Below are positions 9,873 through 19,950 of a stretch of DNA of 64,000 bases, piece by piece; the first letter of the stretch is position 1, and every line of letters begins with the position of its first letter. The notes under the pieces were generated by a model. That model ran no database searches, was not told the DNA's origin, and saw only the letters and a list, made by a program, of their open reading frames with translations. The DNA lies in assembly GCA_000995965.1 (NCBI GenBank), contig LBYD01000002.1, positions 71,889 to 135,888 on the forward strand. Direction: 5' to 3'. A program made the position numbers and the translations under genes. This DNA comes from Candidatus Moranbacteria bacterium GW2011_GWC2_40_12 (lineage in GTDB: Bacteria; Patescibacteriota; Minisyncoccia; Moranbacterales; UBA11712).

Positions 9873-11273
9873 TTAATACCGATAAAAATCGGGTTTGAAG
9901 GGGCCATTTTCGGGGATTCCGAGATATTCTGATTGTTCTTTCGTGAGTTTGGTGAGCTTCACTCCGAGTTTTCCGAGATGGAGCCGCGCCACTTCTTCAT
10001 CCAGTTCTTTGGGAAGAACGTGGACACCGACTGGATATTTTTTTGTCCAAAGTTCGAGTTGAGCCAGTGTTTGATTTGAAAAACTTGAACTCATCACGAA
10101 ACTGGGGTGGCCGGTCGCATTTCCGAGATTCATGAGCCGCCCTTCGGAGAGAAGATATATTTCATGGCCGCCCGGAAAAACATATTTGTCGACTTGCGGC
10201 TTGATGTTCACTTTTCGGATGCCCCTGGCCGCGTTCAGTTTTTCCACTTCGATTTCATTGTCAAAGTGCCCGATGTTCGAAACAATCGCCTGATTTTTCA
10301 TTTTTTTCATGTGTGCGAGGGTGATCACATTCCGATTTCCGGTGGCGGTGACATATATGTCGGCTTTGCCAAGCGTATCTTCGACCGTCGCCACTTCATA
10401 ACCTTCCATCGCCGCCTGGAGGGCGCAAATCGGGTCAATTTCCGTGATGATGACGCGTGACCCTTGCCCGCGAAGCGCTTGGGCGCAACCCTTTCCTACT
10501 TCGCCGTATCCGCACACTACCGCCGTTTTTCCTCCGAGCATCACGTCGAGCGCGCGGTTCAAACCGTCCACGACCGAATGGCGGCAGCCATAGATGTTGT
10601 CGAATTTACTTTTGGTCACCGAGTCGTTCACGTTGATCGCCGGGAATAATAATTTCCCCCTCTCAAATCTTTGATAAAGGCGATGCACACCGGTGGTCGT
10701 TTCTTCGGAAACGCCTTTGATTTTTTTCGCGGCGTTTGTCCAGCGCTGCGTATTTTTTTGATATTCTTTTTTCAGAATTTTCACGATCTCCCGAAAATCA
10801 GGTTCGGCCTTTTGGTAATTTTTTTCAAGAAGCTTCGGGTCTTTTTCCATTTCAACACCGAGATGAACGAGAAGCGTCGCGTCCCCGCCGTCGTCCACAA
10901 TGAGATCCGGGCCTTCCCCGTTCCCAAAGTTCAGCGCCTGCTCCGTGCACCACCAGTATTCCTCGAGTGTCTCGCCTTTCCAGGCAAAAACCGGCGTTCC
11001 GGCCTTGGCAACAGCCGCCGCCGCGTGATCTTGAGTGGAAAAAATATTACAGCTCGCCCAGCGGACTTGGGCCCCCAAGTCTTTGAGGGTCTCAATCAGT
11101 ACCGCCGTCTGAATCGTCATATGAAGCGAGCCGGTTATTTTCGCCCCCGCGAGCGGTTTTTTGGATGCGTATTTTTTCCGAATCGCCATCAGCCCCACCA
11201 TTTCTTCTTCGGCGATTTTGATTTCTTTGCGCCCCCATTCAGCTAGTTTAAAGTCTTTTACTTTGTAATCCAT
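9873..11273 (-). CDS. ahcY: Adenosylhomocysteinase
   Basis: [41 protein letters not shown] and GHPSFVMS motifs. Confidence 0.98.
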   Translation of the reverse strand: MDYKVKDFKLAEWGRKEIKIAEEEMVGLMAIRKKYASKKPLAGAKITGSLHMTIQTAVLIETLKDLGAQVRWASCNIFSTQDHAAAAVAKAGTPVFAWKGETLEEYWWCTEQALNFGNGEGPDLIVDDGGDATLLVHLGVEMEKDPKLLEKNYQKAEPDFREIVKILKKEYQKNTQRWTNAAKKIKGVSEETTTGVHRLYQRFERGKLLFPAINVNDSVTKSKFDNIYGCRHSVVDGLNRALDVMLGGKTAVVCGYGEVGKGCAQALRGQGSRVIITEIDPICALQAAMEGYEVATVEDTLGKADIYVTATGNRNVITLAHMKKMKNQAIVSNIGHFDNEIEVEKLNAARGIRKVNIKPQVDKYVFPGGHEIYLLSEGRLMNLGNATGHPSFVMSSSFSNQTLAQLELWTKKYPVGVHVLPKELDEEVARLHLGKLGVKLTKLTKEQSEYLGIPENGPFKPDFYRY

Positions 11274-11401
11274 AGGATATTGAAATTGGTTGTCGGAAAA
11301 TCGTAATTGGTAATAGATACTGGAAAGTGGAATGTGGAACTTAATTTTTTATTTTCCAGTTTCTATTACTATTTTCAAATTTCAATCAACTAATTTCTGT
11401 G

Positions 11402-12346
11402 CTACAAATTAATTTCTTCCCTGTATGAAGCTTTGTATCTCTTCCTAAACTCTGCAAGCGAAAAAGAGTGCTCCTGCGTTCCATATTTCTCAATCGCGAA
11501 ACTCGCCGCGACGCTTCCGAGGCGCCCGCATTGGCGAAGATTATATCCTTTGTCGAGACCGAACAAAAATCCCGCCCGATAGGCGTCTCCCGCTCCGGTC
11601 GGGTCTTCTATTTTTTTCACTCGGCAGGCCTCAACCAGAATTTCCTGCCTGTCGCGTGTCTCAATGCGCGAACCTTTTTCGCCATATGTTATCACAAGCG
11701 TTTCTAGGTGCTTAAATATTTCTTTTTTGCCCCAGCCGGTCTTCTTTCGGATCATTTTTATTTCATAATCGTTGCCAATGAGAACGTCTGCCTGGCTAAT
11801 AGATTTTTTCAATTCGCTGTCCGAGAAAGCCGGGATCTGCTGACCGGGATCAAAAACTGCCTTGATGCCAAATCCCGCGCATTGAGACAAATGTCTGAGC
11901 ATTACGTTCTTTTGAGTCGGAGAAATGATGGCCCATTTTGGATTTTTATTCCCCTTTTTGAAAAATATATTCGGCGCTGAGCCGAGAGCGCCGTTATAGA
12001 ACGCTGTTATTTGGTTGTCATCGAGATCAGTAGTGATATAGCACGAAGCGGTGAATAGTTTTTTGTCTTTTTGTATTCGCTTGGTGCTAACTTTAATATT
12101 ATTTAGATATTTCAGATACTCCCCTCCATCTTGTCCGACTGAAGAAACAATTATCGGATCCGCGCCCAGTAATTTGATGTTATACGCGATGTTCCCCGCC
12201 GTCCCGCCTTTGCTTTTTCCCAATTTTTCCACCGTGAAACAGACATTCAAGATATGAATATTGTCCGGCAGGATATGATTTTTAAACCGGTCCGGAAAGT
12301 CCATGATGTGGTCATAGACCAGGGAACCGGAAACAATGATTGGCAT
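11402..12346 (-). CDS. PfkB-family kinase, probable adenosine kinase
   Basis: GGTAGNIAY, DPGQQ, NDYE and DPTGAGDAYRAG; directly upstream of ahcY. Confidence 0.85.
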   Translation of the reverse strand: MPIIVSGSLVYDHIMDFPDRFKNHILPDNIHILNVCFTVEKLGKSKGGTAGNIAYNIKLLGADPIIVSSVGQDGGEYLKYLNNIKVSTKRIQKDKKLFTASCYITTDLDDNQITAFYNGALGSAPNIFFKKGNKNPKWAIISPTQKNVMLRHLSQCAGFGIKAVFDPGQQIPAFSDSELKKSISQADVLIGNDYEIKMIRKKTGWGKKEIFKHLETLVITYGEKGSRIETRDRQEILVEACRVKKIEDPTGAGDAYRAGFLFGLDKGYNLRQCGRLGSVAASFAIEKYGTQEHSFSLAEFRKRYKASYREEINL

Positions 12347-12500
12347 GATATTAACTATTACAGGCAGGAAGCCTGGGGCGAAGTGAGAACGCTAGCTTCT
12401 CTATATTGCTATAATACACAGGAGTTGAAAGTTTGCCAATAATAAAGGACTCGGTGTAATTTCCACGCGAGTCCCTCGTTAGGTCGAAAATCCGGTAGAC

Positions 12501-12836
12501 CTACTCGTCTTTGATGACGAGCTTGAAACCATGCATAAGCATTCCGGCAGGTTCGACGGTGATTTTTTTCTTGTCGGTAAAGAAAGTTTGCATAAGACCG
12601 TTAAAATCCTCGGGGCTTGGCTCGAACTCAAACTTTTTCATCCTGCCCATAAAGGTTGGGCCTTCAAAGATGAGCCGTTGGCCTTCGGCGCTAATGGTAG
12701 CCTCTTTCTTAACCAAGGCCCGGGGAAACCGTTGGACAAAATCCTCCGAATAGGTTTCCGCGCCAGCAACAAGACTTATGCCGATTATCTTTCCGTCTGG
12801 ATTTTTAAGAACTTCTACCTCGATTTCGAGTGGCAT
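12501..12836 (-). CDS. Hypothetical protein
   Basis: 111-aa ORF with AGGAGG SD and a downstream hairpin (about 12447-12474). Confidence 0.6.
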   Translation of the reverse strand: MPLEIEVEVLKNPDGKIIGISLVAGAETYSEDFVQRFPRALVKKEATISAEGQRLIFEGPTFMGRMKKFEFEPSPEDFNGLMQTFFTDKKKITVEPAGMLMHGFKLVIKDE

Positions 12837-12859
12837 AGATGCCTCCTTATTATATTAAG

Positions 12860-13192
12860 TTAAACATGTACAATCCTAAAACCAATGGTGTCGGGATGCA
12901 ATGGCTGACGAATCATAAATTGACCGCCACCGAGATAGAATTTTTCCAGCTCCTCGTAAACTTTCAGTTTGAGATGAAAAGCAACTTTTGCAGGCTGGAA
13001 AGGACAAGCCAAGTTGACTAAAACCAACGCATCGCCGGCCAGAAAGAAATTGGCCTTGTTAACACTGAACGCCAGACCAAAGTCTTTGCAGAAGAATTCT
13101 GCTTCGCCCTGCTTTTGGGCAATAACCGTGAATCCGGTGATTTTACCCTCGGCATCCCTGTCCAAGATAAAGTCCAGTTTGAATTCATACAT
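12860..13192 (-). CDS. Hypothetical protein, probable paralog of the adjacent ORF
   Basis: 110 aa with AGGAGG SD; upstream TTGACA-17-TATTCT at about 13276-13248. Confidence 0.6.
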   Translation of the reverse strand: MYEFKLDFILDRDAEGKITGFTVIAQKQGEAEFFCKDFGLAFSVNKANFFLAGDALVLVNLACPFQPAKVAFHLKLKVYEELEKFYLGGGQFMIRQPLHPDTIGFRIVHV

Positions 13193-13398
13193 ACAGTTAT
13201 ATCCTCCTTATAAAATTGGGAAATAACGGCAATTTTGCTTTCAAGATAGAATAAGATAAGCGGAGCTTGGTGTCAAATGCGGATCACTGCGAAGAAAATT
13301 CCATTTTCTTCTTACGGGCCACCGAGCAAACAAACTGCCCGCGGTCAAGGTGGAGATTCATAAAAAATACACCCCGTTAGGGGGCGTATTTATATCTT

Positions 13399-13483
13399 CG
13401 GAGAGGGAGGGATTCGAACCCTCGATACCTTGCGGTATACCCGCTTTCCAAGCGAGCGCACTAGGCCACTATGCGACCTCTCC
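13399..13483 (-). tRNA. tRNA-Ser(GGA), no encoded CCA
   Basis: GGAGAGG/CCTCTCC acceptor stem, anticodon loop TTGGAAA, long variable arm TACCGCAAGGTA, T-arm GGTTCGAATCC. Confidence 0.97.
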
Positions 13484-13726
13484 AAAATTTTCTAATAATT
13501 TTTTAAACTCATTACCGCCTTTGTAGGATTTTATTTTTCTTTCTCTGGCCAACGCCTCTTTTCTATCCTTAAATTCTTCGAGATATACGACACTGAACGG
13601 ACCCCGATTTTTTGTTGATCTGTTTTTTCCTGTATTATGAAATGCTAAGCGTGTTTTTATATCATTAGTATACCCAATGTAATAACGTCGATCTTTTTCA
13701 CCTTTAATTACGTAAACGTTATGCAT
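13469..13726 (-). CDS. Small GIY-YIG nuclease
   Basis: VYVIKG...YYIGYTNDIKTRLAFHN...STK.RGP...EALARERKIKS; its stop codon lies inside the tRNA 5' end. Confidence 0.9.
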   Translation of the reverse strand: MHNVYVIKGEKDRRYYIGYTNDIKTRLAFHNTGKNRSTKNRGPFSVVYLEEFKDRKEALARERKIKSYKGGNEFKKLLENFGEVA

Positions 13727-13751
13727 AACTTCCAACCCCGCCAGGGCGGGG

Positions 13752-13776
13752 ACTAGGCCACTATGCGACCTCTCCA
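13752..13776 (-). repeat. 25-bp direct-repeat copy of the tRNA-Ser 5' end
   Basis: actaggccactatgcgacctctcca is identical at 13460-13484 and 13752-13776. Confidence 0.95.
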
Positions 13777-13783
13777 GTTTTTC

Positions 13784-14113
13784 TTATTTGTCCTTTCTCG
13801 CCGCCCAGTTGAAAGAAAGAAAATATTTCTGCCATAATTGATCGGAAGAAGAATACTCATTTGATCCAAAAAAATAATCGGCAAGCATTTCGCGCATTCG
13901 GGTCAGCTCCTTGAGCCTTCTTCTGTTCTTGGGATCGGAAATTGTCAGTTCCGCCAGCTCCAAGGCGCGTTCGGCCGCGAGATTGCTGAATTCCGCATTT
14001 TTCCCGCGCCAATTTATGGCTCGCCCCGCCTCGCTCCCCACATTCGCCAGCTGTTCGGCAAGCGAAAAATTGTTCCAGCGGCCAGCGGATAAATTTTTGT
14101 GAATTCGGTTCAT
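13784..14113 (-). CDS. Hypothetical helical protein
   Basis: 109 aa; ATGA overlap with the upstream DUF5674-like gene. Confidence 0.7.
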   Translation of the reverse strand: MNRIHKNLSAGRWNNFSLAEQLANVGSEAGRAINWRGKNAEFSNLAAERALELAELTISDPKNRRRLKELTRMREMLADYFFGSNEYSSSDQLWQKYFLSFNWAARKDK

Positions 14114-14451
14114 TTTTCAACCAATTTGTTTACTGTTTCGATGATTTTTTTTCTGACTTCCGGATCTTCCACATCCCTGCTCCGGTTATTTTGGGATGGA
14201 CGGATATTGATCATAGAATCAAATTCTACGAATCCTTCTCCCCCTATTCCCGGATATAAATTTATTCCCCAGAGATTTTTCTGCTCCGATCCTTTTTCCA
14301 GAAGAGCGGCCTCAAGATCGGCATGGAGCTCTGCGTCAACAGCCATAATCTTGCCTTTGGTATCGACAACCGCTTTCACAAAATTTCCGAACAATTTCTG
14401 CGCCATTTCATCCAGTTCTCTCAAAGTTATACCGTTTTTTATTATTTGCAT
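14110..14451 (-). CDS. DUF5674-like protein
   Basis: VKAVVD...AVDAELHADLE..LL..GS.Q.NLWGINLY...FDSMINIRP motif. Confidence 0.7.
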   Translation of the reverse strand: MQIIKNGITLRELDEMAQKLFGNFVKAVVDTKGKIMAVDAELHADLEAALLEKGSEQKNLWGINLYPGIGGEGFVEFDSMINIRPSQNNRSRDVEDPEVRKKIIETVNKLVEK

Positions 14452-14573
14452 ATTATTTATCTTTTTGTTTAGTAATTTCAGACTAACTGAAAATTAACCA
14501 TAAATCAAGAAAAATAGTCCGTTCCGGAACATTGGAGCGAACTATAGTAATTGTGATTCCAAAATCGAAATCC

Positions 14574-14636
14574 TATTTCTCCATCTTCCCGATCTCAATC
14601 ATTGTTTTGATGACCGTGTCGGGATTGAGGGATATC
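14574..14636 (-). repeat. 63-bp duplicate of the ppsA 3' end
   Basis: Matches 15359-15421 at 62 of 63 positions. Confidence 0.95.
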
Positions 14637-15348
14637 AGCGTTCTTCAAAAACAACTTCCTTTCTGCTTATTTCTTTTGTTATTATTTCATTCAAATCCCA
14701 TTCAAGATTATCGTTTTTCAGAAAAACAAACATCGAACCCTCCCAGGAGCGGGTGATTTCATCCGCAGTATGTAAAAAGGTATTGTCCATCAATACTTTT
14801 GTTGACTTGCCCTCTTTCCAGGAACAGAAAAACGGTTTTGAAAAAGAAAGTTTCCAGCCAACTTGATTGTTATCTTTTCCTAATTTTATTTCGGTCACTG
14901 AATCCAAGTCTGCATTGCACTTGAAATCAATTTTACCACTGTCATGATGTGGCAACGAAACCGTTGTTAATATGCTATTTTTACTGTCCCTATGCCCTGG
15001 CAAACTAATAATCTCACTTTTATTTTTTGGAACCGCGCCTGCAAAGGAATCATAAAAGCATCCTGCCGGGCAATCTTGCGCAGCGCCATAAGAAATTTCA
15101 ACCACATAAAATTCTTCGTCGTTGATTTTGCTTTTTGAAGATTTGCATAAATGAATAAGGCTCGGAGGAAATTTTCTTTCTTTTATTACAAACTGGGCTA
15201 TTTCCGGACAGGCGGATAAATTCACGTACGAAGGAGAATCGCCAGTCTTTATTGGTAATTCATTTTTTTTTGTTAATAAAAAATATCCCGCCACGCCTAA
15301 TAAAAGCAAAATTACCAAGATTGACGAAAGTAATAATTTATTTTTCAT
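14635..15348 (-). CDS. Membrane-anchored/secreted Cys-containing hypothetical protein
   Basis: N-terminal TM helix and a DCPAGC motif; lies between the two ppsA 3'-end copies. Confidence 0.75.
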   Translation of the reverse strand: MKNKLLLSSILVILLLLGVAGYFLLTKKNELPIKTGDSPSYVNLSACPEIAQFVIKERKFPPSLIHLCKSSKSKINDEEFYVVEISYGAAQDCPAGCFYDSFAGAVPKNKSEIISLPGHRDSKNSILTTVSLPHHDSGKIDFKCNADLDSVTEIKLGKDNNQVGWKLSFSKPFFCSWKEGKSTKVLMDNTFLHTADEITRSWEGSMFVFLKNDNLEWDLNEIITKEISRKEVVFEER

Positions 15349-15357
15349 ATAGATAGT

Positions 15358-17847
15358 TTATTTCTCCATCTTCCCGATTTCAATCATTGTTTTGATGACC
15401 GTGTCGGGATTGAGGGATATCGAATCGATTTTTTCTTCAACAAGAAATTTGGCAAAATCAAGAAAGTCAGAAGGCGCCTGGCCGCAAATTCCGACTTTGC
15501 GGCGGGCGCGGTGGGCTTTTGCAATCACCTGCCGGATAAGTTCCTTCACGGCATCGTTCCTTTCGTCGTAAACGTGCGCCACTTTGGCGCTGTCGCGATC
15601 AACTCCGAGAGTAAGTTGCGTCAAATCGTTCGAACCGATGGAAAAACCGTCGAATATTTTGGAAAACTCCGAAGCCAAAATTACGTTGGAAGGAATTTCA
15701 CACATCACATAGACCTGAAGCCCATTTTTGCCACGTTCCAGGCCGTGTATTTTCATCTCCGAGAGCACTTTTTTTCCTTCTTCAACCGTCCGGCAGAATG
15801 GAATCATAGCTTTGAGGTTAGTGAGCCCCATCGCTTCGCGAACTTTTTTGAAGGCCAGGCACTCGAGTCGGAATCCTTCTTTATAGTCCGCGTCGTAGTA
15901 TCTAGATGCTCCCCGCCAGCCAATCATCGGATTCTCTTCGGCCGGCTCAAAACTTTTTCCGCCAATCAAAGTCGCGTATTCATTCGTTTTGAAGTCTGAC
16001 ATCCGCACAATCACGTCTTTTGGCCAAAATGCCGCGCAAATTCGCCCGATACCTTCTGCCAACTTATCTACAAAAAATTCTTCTTTGTTCTTGTAGCCCT
16101 GCGTGAGGTCATTGATTTTCTTTTTTTCTTCTTTATCTTTCACCTTTTCAAAATGGATGAGCGCCATCGGGTGAATTTTGATATATTCCGTGATGATGAA
16201 TTCTTCTCTCGCCAGCCCGACGCCATCATTTGGAATAAAAGTGAGATCAAATGCCTGGTCCGGATTCCCCACATTCATCATGATTTTCGTCCGCCGGCTG
16301 GCGGATGATTTTTTGATGTTCTTGAGATTTGTCGTTTTGATCTCAAATTTCAAAAGGCCGTCGTATATTTTTCCTTCTTCCCCTTCGGCGCAACATACAG
16401 TCACGGGCCGGGTGTCTTTGATGGCGCTTGTCGCGTTTCCGGTTCCAACAATGCACGGAATTCCCAGTTCCCGCGATACAATCGCCGCGTGTGATGTCCG
16501 CCCGCCGGAATTGGTGACGATAGCCGAGGCTATTTTCATAATTGGCTCCCAATCCGGATCCGTCATTTCCGTGACAAGCACTTCGCCTTTTTTGAAATCG
16601 GCGATTTTGGCCACGTCTTTGATCACATTGGCTTTCCCGGCGCCAATTTTACTTCCCACGGCCGCTCCCACGCACAAAATTTTGCTTTTTTCTTTCAAGA
16701 TATATTCCTCCAGCACATTTTTCTTTTTTTGCGATTGGACAGTTTCGGGACGAGCCTGGACGATATATAAATTTTTGTCGCGCCCGTCCTTCGCCCATTC
16801 GATATCCATTGGTTTTTTGTAATGTTCTTCAATCAGTGCTCCCCATCGGGCAAGCTGCAGCGCCTCCTGGTCAGAAAGGCAAAAATTATGCCGGTCTTCC
16901 TGCGAAACAATTGCGTTTTGAGTAGTTGATGTTCCTCCGATGCTATAGACTAGCTTGTTCTCTTTGCTCCCAAGTTTTTTTCCAATGATGGGCTTGAATC
17001 CTTTTTTGAGCATGGGCTTGTGAATAATGAACTCATCAGGATTCACCTTTCCTTTGACGATGTTTTCACCCAAGCCCCAAGATCCGTTAATGATGATAGC
17101 ATCTGAAAAACCCGATTCCGTATCGATCGTGAACATAACCCCGCTTGAAGCCTCATCGGAACGCACCATTTTTTGCACTCCAACTGAAAGAGCGATGCTG
17201 AGCTGATCAAACCCCTTGTCAACACGATAGGATATGGCCCGATCGGTGAAAAGAGAGGAAAAACATTTTTTGATAGATTCTAGAAGCTGATATTCTCCAG
17301 TCACATTGAGATATGACTCCTGTTGGCCGGCAAAAGAGGCATCGACGAGGTCTTCCGCCGTGGCACTGGAGCGAACGGCCACATCAACGCCGCCCGCGAA
17401 GTGGTTGGTATGGTCATTTTTGCTCCAAGAGATGTGAAAACTCTTGTGGGGATTGTATTCCTTGGAAAGCTTGGCGTAGTTTTCCACAATCGCGTTTCGG
17501 AGATCAATTGGAAATTCAGCCGCAAGAATTGCCTGGCGGACCCTGTAGCCATGCTCGGCCAAATTCCGCATATTGCCCGTATCAAGTCCTTTGAGAATTT
17601 TTTTTATCTCGCTATCCAGGCTATTTTGGGTAATGAAATAGCGATAGGCTTCGGCCGTCACCGAAAATCCGTCCGGAACCCGGATGCCTTTCTTTTTGAG
17701 ATTTGAATACATCTCGCCCAGTGATGCATTTTTCCCGCCGACTAGTTCAATGTCTTTGATTCCGGATTCGCGAAACCACACAATAAAATTTTTTTTTCCG
17801 CCCGAGGCTGAAAAGCCATTGGCAAGCATCTTTATTTTTTTTATCAT
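15358..17847 (-). CDS. ppsA: Phosphoenolpyruvate synthase
   Basis: GGKNASLGEM, VRSSATAED...SFAGQ, GGRTSHAAIVSRE, EENPMIGWRG and FSIGSNDLTQ; all three domains are present. Confidence 0.97.
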   Translation of the reverse strand: MIKKIKMLANGFSASGGKKNFIVWFRESGIKDIELVGGKNASLGEMYSNLKKKGIRVPDGFSVTAEAYRYFITQNSLDSEIKKILKGLDTGNMRNLAEHGYRVRQAILAAEFPIDLRNAIVENYAKLSKEYNPHKSFHISWSKNDHTNHFAGGVDVAVRSSATAEDLVDASFAGQQESYLNVTGEYQLLESIKKCFSSLFTDRAISYRVDKGFDQLSIALSVGVQKMVRSDEASSGVMFTIDTESGFSDAIIINGSWGLGENIVKGKVNPDEFIIHKPMLKKGFKPIIGKKLGSKENKLVYSIGGTSTTQNAIVSQEDRHNFCLSDQEALQLARWGALIEEHYKKPMDIEWAKDGRDKNLYIVQARPETVQSQKKKNVLEEYILKEKSKILCVGAAVGSKIGAGKANVIKDVAKIADFKKGEVLVTEMTDPDWEPIMKIASAIVTNSGGRTSHAAIVSRELGIPCIVGTGNATSAIKDTRPVTVCCAEGEEGKIYDGLLKFEIKTTNLKNIKKSSASRRTKIMMNVGNPDQAFDLTFIPNDGVGLAREEFIITEYIKIHPMALIHFEKVKDKEEKKKINDLTQGYKNKEEFFVDKLAEGIGRICAAFWPKDVIVRMSDFKTNEYATLIGGKSFEPAEENPMIGWRGASRYYDADYKEGFRLECLAFKKVREAMGLTNLKAMIPFCRTVEEGKKVLSEMKIHGLERGKNGLQVYVMCEIPSNVILASEFSKIFDGFSIGSNDLTQLTLGVDRDSAKVAHVYDERNDAVKELIRQVIAKAHRARRKVGICGQAPSDFLDFAKFLVEEKIDSISLNPDTVIKTMIEIGKMEK

Positions 17848-17940
17848 TTTTATTTTTTATTATAACTTTACAGGCTGATTATACCACAAAAAAAGAATGT
17901 TAGAAACATTCTTTTCCATGCTGAATAACAGCTTCTAACG

Positions 17941-19425
17941 CTAATGGATTTCTTCCACCTTTACCAGGCTCATATGCTCTTTTTTCATATGCGGACGGCC
18001 TGCCACAATCACAATTTTATCCTTTTTTTTGATCAGTTTGTTTTTTTTGAGGGTTGCGATTGATTTATCGAGAAGCTCGTCCAAATCCCGACAATCCGGG
18101 AGAACGAAACTCTCCGCTCCCCAGACCAATGTCAGCTGATTATGCGTTTTTTCTCTGTTGGTCATCACAAATATTCTCTCTTCCGGCCGATGCCGGGCGA
18201 CGATTCTGGCTGTATATCCTGAAACACTGGCCGCGACAATAGCTTTTGCTCCACTGTCCTTCACCAGCTCATGGGCCGACTGGGCAATTGCCGATGAGAC
18301 GGACATTTTCTCATCACCCAAAAATCCGTGCTCAAGATCGTCGAAAGGCGATTCTTCTGTTTTTTCAATTATTTTTCGCATCATTTTGACTGCTTCAATA
18401 GGATATTTCCCGCTAGCCGTTTCCCCGGAAAGCATCACTGCGTCCGCATGGTCGATAACGGCGTTTGAGACATCCGTTACCTCCGCTCGCGTTGGTCTGG
18501 GATTCCGGATCATGGAATCAAGCATTTGAGTCGCTACTATAGCCGGCTTCCCGGCCCGCAAAGACTTTGCCACCATTTCTTTTTGCAGAATGGGAAGTTC
18601 TTCCTGAGGCATTTCAATCCCCAAATCTCCGCGAGCGACCATGATTGCGTCGGATACAGCGAGAATTTCGTTGAAATTTTTTACTGCTTCCCTTCTTTCT
18701 ATTTTCGCGACTATCTGGGGAATCTTTTTTTCGTCGGTTATTTTTTTCCTTATCAGATCCTGAAGGTTTTTTATCTCTTTCGCATTCCGGACAAATGACA
18801 TGGCAATGAAGTCCGCGTCTTGAGAAAGGGCGAAGTCCAAAACTTCTTTGTCCTGGCTGGTGAGAGCCCCAAGCTTTGCTGAAATTCCGGGAATATTGAC
18901 CCCCTTCCTCATCTTAATGACCCCATCGTTTTCAGCGCGGCAATACAAACGCTTTTTGTCCTTTTTGAAAACAGAAAGTTTTATCAAGCCGTCCTCAATC
19001 AGAATTTCATTTCCGACTTTGACAAGCTTAGTCATTTCGGGAAGATCAAGAAATATTATTTTCTGTTTGCCGCTTTTCTTCACGAGCCTGCTGTTCCTGC
19101 CCGCCACCATCACAGTTTCGCCCTTTCTGATTCTTTCTTCCCGGTTCCCAATTGTCCTTATTCTCGGTCCTTGGAGATCCACCATTATTCCAATCGGCCT
19201 TTTTGTTTTCCAACTCACCTCGCGAATGTTCCTGATCGCTTTTTTATGCCACGAAAAATCACCGTGTGAAAAATTTAGCCGGGCGACATCCATTCCCTCT
19301 TTCAGCATTTGAGCTAGCACCGTTTTTTTTTCCGAAACCGGTCCGATAGTGGCGATAATTTTTGTTCGCTTTCCGCCCGAGGCGGATCCGCCTCTGGCGG
19401 ACATTTTTTCTCTTGTCATTTTCAC
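17941..19425 (-). CDS. pyk: Pyruvate kinase
   Basis: TKIIATIGP, RLNFSHG, DLQGPRIR, MVARGDLG, ATQMLDSM and MLSGETA. Confidence 0.97.
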   Translation of the reverse strand: MKMTREKMSARGGSASGGKRTKIIATIGPVSEKKTVLAQMLKEGMDVARLNFSHGDFSWHKKAIRNIREVSWKTKRPIGIMVDLQGPRIRTIGNREERIRKGETVMVAGRNSRLVKKSGKQKIIFLDLPEMTKLVKVGNEILIEDGLIKLSVFKKDKKRLYCRAENDGVIKMRKGVNIPGISAKLGALTSQDKEVLDFALSQDADFIAMSFVRNAKEIKNLQDLIRKKITDEKKIPQIVAKIERREAVKNFNEILAVSDAIMVARGDLGIEMPQEELPILQKEMVAKSLRAGKPAIVATQMLDSMIRNPRPTRAEVTDVSNAVIDHADAVMLSGETASGKYPIEAVKMMRKIIEKTEESPFDDLEHGFLGDEKMSVSSAIAQSAHELVKDSGAKAIVAASVSGYTARIVARHRPEERIFVMTNREKTHNQLTLVWGAESFVLPDCRDLDELLDKSIATLKKNKLIKKKDKIVIVAGRPHMKKEHMSLVKVEEIH

Positions 19426-19528
19426 ATTCAGTCACTTATTAGGATACATTTCTCATCTCAATTATAAACCAAAACAGACAACTGGAAAAGTGCTGTCTGC
19501 TTGGAAAAATACTATTGCGCAATAGCAA

Positions 19529-19870
19529 TTAATTTATCAGCTTGAACCCGCCAATAAGCGGCAATGGCTTCATCTCAGCTTTCGATGCGCTGATTATTCC
19601 CATAATCGCAGCCACTATCAGAAAGATTGTTCCCAGGGGAAGAATAATGAACCAGCCAATAAAAGGAATAATGCCGCCGACGATATTCACGACAACCGCA
19701 GCAAGAAGAAGATTCAGTTGCTGGTTGGCATGGAATTTCGCAAACGGGCTGTTTTTCGCGTCAGTCACGAGCGGAATGAAAAACAGGATCGGGATGATAT
19801 ATCCCACGATCGCCATGGCTTTATTTTTTTCCGCATCTTGCGGATCAGCTTTTTTTGTTTCCTCGGTCAT
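19529..19870 (-). CDS. DUF4870-like membrane protein
   Basis: NKAMAIVGYI...SPFAKFHANQ...PLPLIG; AGGAGG SD. Confidence 0.8.
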   Translation of the reverse strand: MTEETKKADPQDAEKNKAMAIVGYIIPILFFIPLVTDAKNSPFAKFHANQQLNLLLAAVVVNIVGGIIPFIGWFIILPLGTIFLIVAAIMGIISASKAEMKPLPLIGGFKLIN

Positions 19871-19950
19871 ATAGTCACCTCCTTGTCTGGTTAAAAGATT
19901 TGTTTCCTGATTTTATAATACCCAATCCGCCAAAAAAACACAAACCGTCA

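Noticed and set aside
12350-12402. Possible SAH riboswitch upstream of the adenosine kinase-ahcY operon (AGCGTT...CCAGGCT)
   Set aside because: It lacks the GAGGAGCG start and the downstream complement needed for the pseudoknot, so the resemblance is only partial.
13460-15421. Prophage or integrative element at tRNA-Ser
   Set aside because: There are no integrase, transposase or phage genes; each repeat pair brackets only a single gene.
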